Shown: positions 52,410 through 64,000 of the stretch, in pieces
Layout: every line of letters starts with the position of its first letter
Numbering within the stretch: the stretch's first letter is position 1
Source of the DNA: Octopus sinensis
Lineage: Eukaryota
Length of the DNA stretch: 64,000 bases
NCBI RefSeq assembly: GCF_006345805.1
Contig: NC_043021.1
Span: 23,002,001-23,066,000 of the forward strand
Reading direction: 5' to 3'
The notes under the pieces: generated by a model
Told to the model about the DNA's origin: nothing
The model's input: only the letters and a program-made list of their open reading frames with translations
The model's database searches: none
Translations under genes and position numbers: made by a program

Positions 52410-52599
52410 GTCTGTCTGTCTGTCTGGCTGTCTGTCTGTCTGTCTATGTGTCTGTCTGTCTGTATATCTGTCTGTCTATGTGTCTGTCTGTCTGTTTCTT
52501 TGTATGTCTAACTTTTTATGAAAATATTTGTATTTGAATATAACTGATTAGGCAAGATATTCGGTGTGAAGTCGCGGTGGACGAGACACAGCAAAGATG

Positions 52600-52603
52600 A
52601 AGT

Positions 52604-52643
<40 letters not shown>

Positions 52644-52800
52644 CAGCAGCAGCAGCAGTAGCAGTAGCAGCAGCAGTACCAGTAGTAATAGTAGTAGTAG
52701 TAGTAGTAGTAGTAGTAATAGTAGTAGCAGCAGCAGCAGCAGTAGTAGTAGTATAGTAGTAGTTGTTGCAGTAGCAGTAGTAGTGGTCTTAGTTGTAGTA
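52600..52800. repeat. (GTA/GCA)n tract
   Basis: Visible repeats. Confidence 0.95.
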
Positions 52801-53013
52801 GTAAATTTTAGTTGCAGATCAGCTGTCATTGAACTGACTGACCTAAGCTTGAAAGTAGTTCGAACCGTTGTACTCCACATCTCTCATTTTCCGGCATAGT
52901 GTATCAAGCACTATATTTCCTAAAGCCTCCTAAATAGATTTAGATCTGCGTATCGATCACACTTTATTTTATTTATTTATTTATTTGTTTGTTTGTTTGT
53001 TTTTAATTCTCAG

Positions 53014-53084
53014 ACGAGCATCTTTCAGAGACGCCTCCTCAGTCTTCTATGACCGATTTAGTTCCGGATATTATTTTCCCACGA
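53014..53084 (+). CDS. Candidate exon (phase 1 in): (D)EHLSETPPQSSMTDLVPDIIFPR
   Basis: Long T-rich tract + ctcag acceptor; donor CGA|GTAACT is weak; the phase-2 frame is also open. Confidence 0.18.
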
Positions 53085-53163
53085 GTAACTATTTAAATCA
53101 CCACCGTCATACTCTATTTAAATACTATGAAAGAAAGGTGGTATATATTTTCTCCTTCTTTCA

Positions 53164-53895
53164 AAGGCGGCGAGCTGGCAGAAACGTTAGCACGCCGGGC
53201 GAAATGCTTAGCGGTATTTCGTCTGCCGCTACGTTCTGAGTTCAAATTCCGCCGAGGTCGACTTTGCCTTTCATCCTTTCGGGGTTGATAAATTATGTAC
53301 CAGTTCCGCACTGGGGTCGATATAATCGATTTAATCCGTTTGTCTGTCCTTGCTTGTCCTCTCTGTGTTTAGCCCCTTGAGGGTAGTAAAGAAATAAGAA
53401 TCGTTAGCACGCTGGGCGAAATGCTTAGCGGTATTTCGTCTGCCGTTACGTTCTGAGTTCAAATTCCGCCGAGGTGGACTTCGCCTTTCATCCTGTCGGG
53501 ATCGATTAAATAAGTACCAGTTCGCACTGGGGTCGATATAATCGACTTAATCTGTGTGTCTGTCCTTGTTTCTCCCCTCTATTTAGCCCCTTGTGGGTAG
53601 TAAAGAAATAGTATTTCGTCTGCCGCTACGTTCTGAGTTCAAATTCCGCCGAGGCGACTTTGCTTTTCATCCTTCGGAGTCGATTAAATAAGTACCAGTT
53701 TCGCACTGGGGTCGATATAATCGATTAATCTGTGTGTCTGTCCTTGTTTGTCCCCTCTATTTAGCCCCTTGTGGGTAGTAAAGAAATAGGTATTTCGTCT
53801 GCCGCTACGTTCTGAGTTCAAATTCCGCCGAGGTCGACTTTGCTTTTCATCCTGTCGGAGTCGATTAAATAAGTACCAGTTTCGCACTGGGGTCG
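53164..53895 (+). mobile_element. SINE A head-to-tail array (4 units)
   Basis: Junctions near 53397, 53610 and 53789. Confidence 0.94.
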
Positions 53896-54209
53896 AAACA
53901 ACGCCACGGAGTAATCGACGTAAGCTTAAATGTCACATTGTCACCCGAACAAGAGTAAACTTCCATGGATGCTGTGGCTGCTGTTGCTACTACTACTACT
54001 GCACCTACTACTAATACTACTACTACTACCACCACCACCATTACCACTACTACTACTATACTATTACAACCACTGCTACACATCCTGCTACTAATATTAC
54101 TGCAACAACTAATAATAATAGTAGTAACAAAATAAGAAGACGAAGAAGAAGAAGAAGAAGAAGAAGAAGAAGAAATCCTTATGATTATTATTAATAATAA
54201 ATAATTAAT

Positions 54210-54595
54210 AAAGGCGGTAAGCTGGCAGAAACGTTAGCACGGCGGGCGAAATTCTTTGTGGTATATCGTCCGCTGCTACGTTCTGAGTTCAAATTCCGCC
54301 GAGGTCGACTTTGATTTCATCCTTTCGGGGTCTTTTAAATAAGTACCAGTTTCGCATTGGGGTCGATAATATCGGCTTAATCCGTTTGTCTGTCCTCGTT
54401 TGTCCCCTCTGTGTGTAGCCCCTCGTGGGTAGTAAAGAAATAGGTATTTCGTCTGCCGCTATATTCTGAGTTCAAATTCCGCCGGGGTCGACTTTGCCTT
54501 CCGTCCTCTAGGGGTCGATAAATTAAGTACCAGCTGCGTACTGGGGTCGATGTAATTGACTGTCCCCACCCCCAAACATTTCGGGGTTTGTGCAT
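54210..54595 (+). mobile_element. SINE A dimer
   Basis: Junction aaagaaataggtatttcgtctgccg near 54442. Confidence 0.92.
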
Positions 54596-54912
54596 AGGGA
54601 AGAAAAGATTATAACTGTTATTATTAATATTGTTGTTGCATATATATATATGTATATATATACATATACATAAGCACATACATACATTCTTACGTAACGT
54701 ACGTATATACGTAACAAGAGAAACCTCGTTAAAAAGTGGTTTGCACGGGAGCTTGAGGGAAATACATTTTGCAACAGAAGTACATACATTCTTTGACGTA
54801 GAATGACGAATGCAGAACCGATTGACAGACAATCGAAGCGACATATAATACATGACATTTATACATACACACATATATATACATACATATATATATGTAT
54901 ACATATATATTA

Positions 54913-54959
<47 letters not shown>

Positions 54960-55614
54960 AATATGTAGACAGCTGACAATCAGCCTGTGCTCCTGTGACT
55001 GACAGTCACACAGACACAGCAGGACGTGCATATGCATGTGTGTGTGTGTCTGTTTGTGTGTCTGTGTGTGTGTGTGTGTTGGTGTGTGGGTTGCTGTCTG
55101 TGAGGGGGTGTGTGTGTGTGTGTGGGTGGTGTGTGTTTTGCGTGTGTGTTTGTGTTTGTGTGTGTGAGCTTGTAGGTCTAACGAGCGATTCTTACGGAGA
55201 AAAACAAACTAAATTTGCCTGTCACTCTTCCCCACCCCCCCCCACCCCACAAGCGAGTGATCGTGCATGCGTGAGTGAGTGCGTGCGTGCGTGCGGGCGT
55301 GCACACGTACAGACGGTAGAAATTAAGAGTTTTGCTCGGCAGACACGATGCAGCGATGCAGTCAGGTGCACAGACGATCAGGCAGAAATGCCAACAGACA
55401 AACCGACTGACTGACAGACAGGCAGACACAGAAAAATACTCTGGCTGACAGTCACAGATTTAAGATGAAGGTAAAGGAGCGTCTGTATCAACGAAGGATA
55501 CACAGGAACATTCAGCCGCACACACAGACAGGTATGCTGTTCTCATGCACGGAAGCAGACACTTAATTATGCACATGCACGCACCTGCATCTGCACTTAT
55601 ATATATATATCTAT

Positions 55615-55806
55615 ATATGTGCAGCTTGCTTACCAACTGAATGGTTCCAGGTTCAGTCCCACTGCGTAGCATTTTGCGTAAGTGTATTCTATAATAGCCC
55701 CAGCCGACCAGAGCCTTGTAAGTGGATCTGATAGATGGAAACTGAAAGTAAACCCGTGGTATATATATATATATATATACACAAATACATATATATATAT
55801 GTGTCT

Positions 55807-55857
<51 letters not shown>

Positions 55858-56075
55858 CATTGGTGTATATCCATGTGTGTGTCTGAGTTCGTCTCCCCAG
55901 CATCGCTTGAAAACCGATGCTCGTGTGGTTACGTCCCCGTAACTTAGTGGTGAGGCAAAAGAAATCGATACAATAAGTACTAGGTTTGCAAAGAATAAGT
56001 CCTGGGGTTGATTTGCCCGGCTAAATGCAGTGCTCCAGCATGGCTACAGTCGAATAGCTGAAACAAGCAAAATAT
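55615..56075 (+). mobile_element. SINE B
   Basis: Head, (TA)(TG) microsatellite and tail. Confidence 0.88.
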
Positions 56076-56187
56076 TTTTTTTATATAGAACATATACATA
56101 TATATATATATAATATATAGATATATAATTTATATATATATATATTATATATATATATATTTGTGTGTGTATATAGGTATTTGTGTG

Positions 56188-56220
<33 letters not shown>

Positions 56221-56364
56221 CCGAGGTGCCACGCAGTGGGATTGAACTCGGAACTATGTGGATGGGAACAATAAGTTGTGTATGCAAAACAAACCACGTA
56301 GTAATCGACGTAAGCTTAATGATAATTGCGATCGGTGAACCCCGATATGGCGAGGGATTACCGT

Positions 56365-56401
<37 letters not shown>

Positions 56402-57479
56402 TGTGTGTGTGTGTGTGTGTATGTGTGTATGTGTGTGTGTGTGCACATAAAGAGATACAAGCACCTTTTCGACAAACGTTCTTATACAATTATAAAACCA
56501 CACAGACAGACATATATACGTATATACGCATATGCACGTACACACATACAAACCCATATAAGCAGACACACGCACACTCTCTATACGTTCACGAACATGG
56601 AGGCACTCAGAAATACAAACATATATAAAAAGAAACACACACACACATACACTGGGACACACTTGTAAACCCGTATTGAACAGCATACAACGAATTACAT
56701 CAGACATACATCGAATTATATACACTTTAAGTTATCCATACACATGCAGGAGCTAGGGTCTGTAGCTTAGATGTTAGTGTGTTCTTCTCCGACCTTTCAG
56801 TCTTGGTTTCAATTCCCACACTGGTTGATGAGATATGTTTTTAAGCATACCACTTCATCTCACGTTTCTCTCTTATGTCTTCAGCAGCCGACGGGTGGTA
56901 GGTAGACAATGCTTGTGTTTAGGTAATGACGATCTCAGAGAACGAGTGAACCCATTTGATCACTATAAATACATTATGTGTCCAGGCTGTTCAGTAAAGA
57001 ATTGCGACACCGGGTTTCACGGGCTCCAAAACCCAGAGGTATCCGCGCTTTAGGCATGAGTGTGTATGCGTACGTCCATGTGTGCGTGACTTTGTGTCTG
57101 AGTTTCTGCACCGCCACTGATCGATACTCGGTGTTGGTGTGTTTCCGGCCACGTATTCGGAAACACACCAACGTCTTAGAATAAGAGATTGATGGAGGAA
57201 GTAGCAGATTTCAAAATGTAAAAGTGCTGGGAACCGAAATTCTTCACTTGACCTAAATTCTTCGAAGTGAATTAGACAAGGGAATGATACGAACATATAC
57301 AGGGGAAGGGGTATTGTGTTGGGGGACCATATGGTGTATATACACACACACACATCGAATCAAGTGAATTTTGAAGATAAACGAACAGCGGAATCTAGAA
57401 GTGAACACTTATAAGGCTAAGTGAACACGTATACACATGTGCACAGGAAGGACAAGTACATATTTATGTATCATAACTT

Positions 57480-57860
57480 GTTTCAGCTATTTGAATGCGG
57501 CCATGCTGGAGCACCGCCTTTTAGTCGAGTAAATCGACCCCAGGAGTTATTATTTGTAAGGCTAGTACTTATTCTATCAGTGTCTTTTGCTGAACCGCTA
57601 AGTTACGGAGACGTAAACACACCGGCATCGGTTGTCAAGCAATGGTGGGCGGACAAACACAGACACACAAACAAATACACACATACATATATACATATAC
57701 ATATATACGACGTGCTTCTTCCAGTTTCCGTCTACCAAATCCATTCACAAGGCTTTGGTCGGCCCGAGGCTATAGTAGAAGACACTTGCCCAAGGTGCCA
57801 CGCAGTGGGAATGAACCCGGAACCATGTGGTTGGTAAGCAAGCTACATACCAAACAGCCA
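57480..57860 (-). mobile_element. SINE B
   Basis: Reverse-complement tail, short microsatellite and head. Confidence 0.92.
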
Positions 57861-58013
57861 TACATATATATGTATGTATATGTATGTATATATATGTATG
57901 TATATGTATGTATGTATGTATATATATGTATGCATGCATGTATGTACGTATATATGTATAGATAACTAGATAGATTGATAGATAGATAGATAGATAGACA
58001 GATGGGTAGATAG

Positions 58014-58044
<31 letters not shown>

Positions 58045-58496
58045 GATAGATAGATAGATAGAAGAGGTTTTGCTGAACAGTTCCTGTCTTTAAGGGTTTC
58101 GCGAAAGGTCAGGCTGGAGGCCCAATTCTTTTACAGGACTTAGAAAACCTTAATGAAGGCTGCAATAAGTGTTCAACCCTGAGAAGAGAAGGGTTTGAGC
58201 AAAATTATAGTTTACTGATCCTTCAGTAATTTCTTTTATCCCAAAGCAGGAAAGTTTCACGAACTCCTAGTACAAGCGTGTATGTAAGGAAGGAGAGGAA
58301 AAGAGACATATAGAACGTGAGAACAAGAGAGAAAGAGAGAGAGAGAGGGAAGGAGTGTGTGATTAAGAGAGATAGAAAGAAAGAAAAAGAGAGGCAGTTA
58401 CCCATGCATGCCGTCTCTGTCAGCCTTTCGTGATCACACGCATTCCGTTAACCGTGAGCTTACAGACTACTATAAAGGTCTCTCCTTCTATATATA

Positions 58497-58725
58497 TTTC
58501 TTTACTACCCACAAGGGGCTAAACATAGAGGGGATAAACAAGGACAGAGAAACGGATTAAGTCGATTACAGCGACCCCAGTGCGTAACTGGTACTTAATT
58601 TATCGACCCCGAAAGGATGAAAGGCAAAGTCGACCTCGGCGGAATTTGAACTCAGAACGTAACGGCAGACGAAATACGGCTACGCATTGCGCCCGGTGTG
58701 CTATCGTTTCTGCCAGCTCGCGGCC
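58497..58725 (-). mobile_element. SINE A full copy in (TA)n
   Basis: Near-consensus sequence flanked by tatatata. Confidence 0.93.
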
Positions 58726-58859
58726 TTATATATACACTCGTTGAGTCATTCAATCATTCATTTATTCATTTATATCTGTATGTATGTATGTATATATGTA
58801 TGTATGTATGTATGTATGGATGGATGGATGGATTGATGGATGGATGTTTAAGTATAGAG

Positions 58860-59080
58860 CTAGAGTCTCCACGATTTCACGACTGTGAAGTCATGAGGTC
58901 CATTCCCAGTGGCTTTGAGCAAGACACTTTATTTATCGTGGCTGCAGTCCACTCAGCTGTTAACAATGAGTAGTACCTGTAATTCAGAGGGGCCGGCCTT
59001 TTCACATTCTGCGTCACACTGAATCTCCTTGAAGAACTACGTGGAGTGCTCAACCACCTGCAACTTAATTTAATGTGCAG
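58860..59080 (+). mobile_element. Degenerate SINE D
   Basis: ctttgagcaagacactttatt...cagtccactcagctg...gtcacactgaatctcc. Confidence 0.75.
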
Positions 59081-59654
59081 GTACTTCTGCTGATGTATGC
59101 ATGTATGTATATGTGCGTGTGCGTGAATGTATGCGTGTGTGCATATATATATATATGTGTGTGTGTGTGCGTGTGTGTGTTTGTGTGAGTGTGTAGATCG
59201 AGTGAGTGAATGGGAGTTTGTTACACATCATAGGCACACGCACAAACACAGACATAAATGTATACAGTTTTGTCTTACAAGATAAAAGCGGACGATAATG
59301 TCGAATTCCCGTCAGAGCACTCGTCTGATGACGGTTAATTATCCGAAACTTCTACCTTGTAAAATAACATAACTACGTAATCCCTTGACGCTTATTGTAT
59401 AGAACTAGTATGGACAAGCTTTCTCAAGAAGTGGGCCGCATGAGACATGACTCAAAGTCAGGTGGACCACACTTCTCAGACGGTATTAAAGGCAATTTAA
59501 TTTTTCGTGTGGTGGACGAAGTTTGGGCGCGACTGACATGAAAACTTACATAAAATCAGTGTGTTTGTATGCAAGGTTTTGTGTATGTATATACATACAT
59601 GCATACACATATATACATGTGTAAATGTAAATACAGAGATGTGTGAAGATGCAG

Positions 59655-60030
59655 ATCCAGTTCCACTGCGTGGCACCTTCGGTCTCTTCTACTATGACCT
59701 CCGGCCGATCAAAGCCGTGTGAGTGGACTTGCTAGATGGAAACTGGAAGAAGCTTGTCATATATATGTATGTGTGTGTGTGTTTGTATCTGTCTATGTAT
59801 GTATGTATGTGGATATTGTGCGTGTGTGTGTGGATGTTGTGTCTGTTCTCCACCCCGCTTTCGCTTGACAACCGATGCTCGTATGTTTACATCCCCGTAA
59901 CTTAGCAATTTGGGAAATGAGAATTACTAGGCTTGCAAAGAAGAAGTCCTGGGCCCGATTAGTTCGACTAACACCTGTTAAGGCAGTGCTCCAGCATGGC
60001 CAAAAGGCTTCAAACAAAAGAATAAATGAA
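59655..60030 (+). mobile_element. Degenerate SINE B
   Basis: ccactgcgtggcacc...gcttgacaaccgatgc...gtgctccagcatggcc. Confidence 0.8.
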
Positions 60031-60614
60031 AAAATATAGAAAGAGTCAGACACACATACTCACACACACACACACACATACACAGACACACACACAAATA
60101 TTCTCACACGAATTATAAAGAGAGTGATCTTACGACGTGAGGCCACTACGTTTTAACCTGCTAGAAATAGCAGCAAATCACTCTCACCGTTACCTGTATA
60201 TCATATAATAGAAATTATGTAACTGATAAATTCGTTCTGCCCGTATCGTGACATAATAACAATATACGGGAATGTCTCGCCTGGAAGCACTTCGATAGTA
60301 GCTTTGATCAACATCAATGCCGACCTCGGATTAAAACACAACGACGCCCAGTACATTTACACTCAGGGGCTAACGCTTATGAGATATTCTAATCTGCGTC
60401 GTATACTACTAATCCGATAATACACATAGAGAGAGACGTAAGCGAAAGGCTGTTGATGAGTATTTATATATTTGTAAGCACACTTACGAATAAATATATA
60501 TGGACACTAATAGCCAAGTGGACAAGTATTTCGTCATTTCGTATGTATACATAAGCATATCCATACACACACACACACACACACACACGTATATGTGTAT
60601 ACATATCTTCTATA

Positions 60615-60818
60615 TTTTCCTTGTTTCAGTCATTAGACTGCGGCCATGCTGAAGCACCATCTTGATGAATTTTTCGTCCAACGAGTCGCCACCAAGCACT
60701 TAAATTTTGTTAACACAGGTACCTATTCTATCGGCCGCATTTGCCGAACAGCTACTTTACGGGAACGTAAACACACCAGCACTGGTTGTCGAGCGGTGAT
60801 GCGAAACAAACACAGACA

Positions 60819-60875
<57 letters not shown>

Positions 60876-61030
60876 GGGTATATATATATACGATGGGCTT
60901 CTCCCAGTGTTCCGTCTACAATCTCATCAGAAGGATTTGTCGGCCCCCCCTATATAATATATATCTAATAAGTTAACCTGCGCAAGGTGTCACACAGTGG
61001 AATGAACCCGGAGCCATATAGCTGGGATAT
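60615..61030 (-). mobile_element. Degenerate SINE B
   Basis: ttgtttcagtcatt...cgatgggcttc...aatgaacccggagcc. Confidence 0.8.
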
Positions 61031-61145
61031 ATATCGTGTGTGTGTGTGTGTGTTTGTGGTGTGTGTATGTATGTATATTATATGTATATATATATAGTAT
61101 ATATATATATATATGTATATACATATATATATATATATCTATATA

Positions 61146-61217
<72 letters not shown>

Positions 61218-61363
61218 GTCCAATAATAATAAGGGTAAAATTAATTAATTACGGTATATTAAACATTATTTATATTTAGGCTTCGGTGTGTGGTAAAGTA
61301 CATTTTTTCTAACCCTAATCATATATATATATATAATATATATATGTGTAGTTATGTGTGTAT

Positions 61364-61470
61364 ACAGGCATCCAGCAACAAGACCTCCGTAATGCCATGA
61401 TGGACCGTGAAGTCTGGCGTAGCATGGTACATTCCATTGTCTCGACCATGGTCGAACAATGATGATGATG
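61364..61470 (+). mobile_element. RTE-clade LINE, extreme 3' end
   Basis: TGIQQQDLRNAMMDREVWRSMVHSIVSTMVEQ* followed by a (GAT)n tail; possible gtatac TSD. Confidence 0.82.
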
Positions 61471-61812
61471 TATACACACTTCTATTTTACTACGGTAAAC
61501 CTATGTACGTGACAAAGGAAGCAACGTGGGGTGTGGTGGATGCATCGTTATGTTTGTGTGTGCTTTCTGAGGCATGCATGTAATTTCCGCGCGGAAATGA
61601 ATCTATGGATGAGTCCATGCTGGAGCAATATGGAGCCTTTCTATTTCTCTTTCTGTTCTTCCTCGCTCTCTGTTTCATACTTTCTCTCTCTCTCTCGTTC
61701 TCATGCCTCTCTCTCACCCGCTATTTGTCTTTCCTTTTCTCTGTCTGTCTCTCATCCGCTCTGTTTCCCCTTCTTTCTCTCTCTCTCTCTTCCTCTCTTT
61801 CTCTCTCTCTCT

Positions 61813-61880
61813 CCAACTTCTCTCTCTCTCCAACTTCTCTCTCTCTCCAACTTCTCTCTCTCTCCAACTTCTCTCTCTCT
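61813..61880. repeat. 17-bp minisatellite x4 (ccaacttctctctctct)
   Basis: Starts at 61813, 61830, 61847 and 61864. Confidence 0.95.
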
Positions 61881-61999
61881 CTCCCTCCCTCTCTCTCTCT
61901 CAGTGTAGCTTTAACTTACAGACAAACAAAACTCGCTGAGTGACACGCGATTAGACGCGAACACACAAACACAAATTGAAACGACTAAATTTTGAATAC

Positions 62000-62158
62000 G
62001 CGCAGCAGTGGCTGTGTGGTACATAGCTTGCATCCGAACTACATGGTTCCGGGTTCAGTCACACTGCGTGACAACTTGCACAAGTGTCTTCTACATCATC
62101 GGGCCGACCAAAGCCATCTGGGTGATTTGGAGAAGGAAACTAAAAGAAACGCGTCGTA

Positions 62159-62191
<33 letters not shown>

Positions 62192-62220
62192 ATATATTAT
62201 ATATGTGTGTGGTGGTGGTG

Positions 62221-62251
<31 letters not shown>

Positions 62252-62294
62252 TGTATGTATATATGTGTGTGTGTGTTGTGTGTATATATATATG

Positions 62295-62328
<34 letters not shown>

Positions 62329-62777
62329 TGTGTATATATATTATATAAGTGTGTGTGTATAATATATATATATATATATAAGTGTGTGTATATATATATG
62401 TATTTATATATGTGTATATATTATATATGTGTGTGGTATATATATGTATATATATATGTATATATAATATATATGTATATATATATATATGTGTGTATAT
62501 ATATGTAAATATATATATATGTATATATGTATATATATATATATTATATATATATGTATATATGTATATATATATGTATATATGTATATATATATGTATA
62601 TATTATATATATATGTATATACGTATATATGTATATATATATGTATTATGTATATATATATGTATTATGTGTATATATATGTATTATATATATGTGTATA
62701 TATATATAGGTATATATATATATATATATATGATATTATATATATGTATATTTAATGTGTATATATATATGTATATA

Positions 62778-62817
<40 letters not shown>

Positions 62818-63037
62818 ATATATATATGCATATATATGTATGTGTGTGTGTGCGTGTGTTTGTCCCTCCCATATCGCTTGACAATCGATGCTGGTGTGCT
62901 TAGTACACCGTAACTCAGCGGTTCGGCAATAGAATATAGGGCTAAACTTACAAAGAATAAGTCCTAGGGTCGATTAGCACGACCGAAAGCGGTGCTACAG
63001 CATGGCCGCAGTCAAATGACTGAAACAAGTAAAAGAA
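62000..63037 (+). mobile_element. SINE B with internal microsatellite expanded to about 700 bp
   Basis: Head 62000-62157, (TA/TG)n 62158-62858, tail 62859-63037. Confidence 0.88.
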
Positions 63038-63478
63038 ACGTACGTAGCAATTTTATTTTAAATGAATATTTTAAGTGAATATAGAAAGGAAAGGGTCACG
63101 TCTAGATACGTATAGGCTGCAACAGAACGATGATGGCGTATGCGTTGCCGGAAGCATTGGCAGAGTCGCCAAAAGCAGAGGCGGCAGTGATAGCGGCAGA
63201 GGCGATTATAGTGCTGCTAGCGGCGCGAGATGCACCATCGGCTGAACCGAACATATATACATACATACGGTGGATTTCTTTCAGTTTCCGTCCACCAACT
63301 CCACTCATAACACTTCTGGACGATGCAGGGATATTGTTAAAGGAAACATGAAGTTGATAAGCAAAGCTTCTCAGCATATAACCACACCTGTACCTACTCA
63401 ATTCTTTTTATTTAGAACTTAATTTAGTTACGATTCACAAAATATTACCTTCCCTCTTGTCGGTCTATACGTATACAG

Positions 63479-63544
63479 TCATAATAAGCATATGCTTCAC
63501 TGAGGAGCTAAAAATACACAGAAACCTACAAACGGTAGTCACAG
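63479..63544 (+). CDS. Candidate 66-nt phase 1-1 exon: (V)IISICFTEELKIHRNLQTVVT(G)
   Basis: Pyrimidine tract ccttccctcttgtc + tacag acceptor; donor CAG|GTAAAA; only the phase-1 frame is open, which matches the exon at 25892. Confidence 0.25.
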
Positions 63545-64000
63545 GTAAAATTCAACTAAAGATCAAAGTTATATGTTTAAAATATGCGTTGCAAACGTAT
63601 AAACACACATGCATATACGATGTGCTTCTTTCACTTTCGTTTATGACTACTTCCGCGTCGGCATGAGGCTGTTCTAGAAGGCACTTGGCCTATATGCCAG
63701 TCTTGAACACAGTACCATGTTCTTCAGAAGCAACCTTCTTACCAGTCATCCAACTCTACAGAAGTCAACATTACGTAAACTTCAACCAAATATTATACAC
63801 TTTGTAAGAATGAGTTTCTAGATTTTCCCATTGTTTTAAGACTTCTTCATACTTTCTTAAAGGAACCGTGTGAACAGGAAAGATTGATAATAGATGGCGT
63901 CGCAACTACGCCATTTTCTTCCTCCCTCTCTTTCTCATTCTCTTTCTCTCTCTCTACACTCCCTCTCCCGCTCTCTCTCTCCCCGTCTGCTTTTCTCGCT

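Noticed and set aside
63130-63351. Ala-rich ORF
   Set aside because: It is low-complexity GCG/GCA sequence running into a SINE fragment, with no splice support.

Overview
AT-rich eukaryotic genomic DNA saturated with microsatellites and SINEs. The SINE families and LINE remnants are ones I recognise from memory as typical of octopod (Octopus) genomes; this is inference, and no database search was run. No long protein-coding gene, rRNA, true tRNA or CRISPR array is present. Nearly all long ORFs in the supplied track are translations of simple repeats. The window contains four tRNA-derived SINE types: A (Meta-domain-like), B (CORE-like, with an internal microsatellite), C (tRNA-Arg-like head) and D (CORE-like body). 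It also has decayed LINE ends (CR1, Dong/R4, Tx1, another RLE-type and RTE), a mariner transposase relic, a complete non-autonomous Helitron, a Tc1-type MITE and several local duplications. One credible spliced coding exon (ATG 25892 to a GTAAGT donor at 25968) suggests that 26-64 kb is intronic sequence of an unidentified + strand gene. The best leads are: evidence that SINE A inserts repeatedly at a GGTATT site within its own sequence and so builds head-to-tail arrays; SINE B acting as a microsatellite seed; a tandem RLE-LINE 3' end in (CATA)n; and several strong hairpins.
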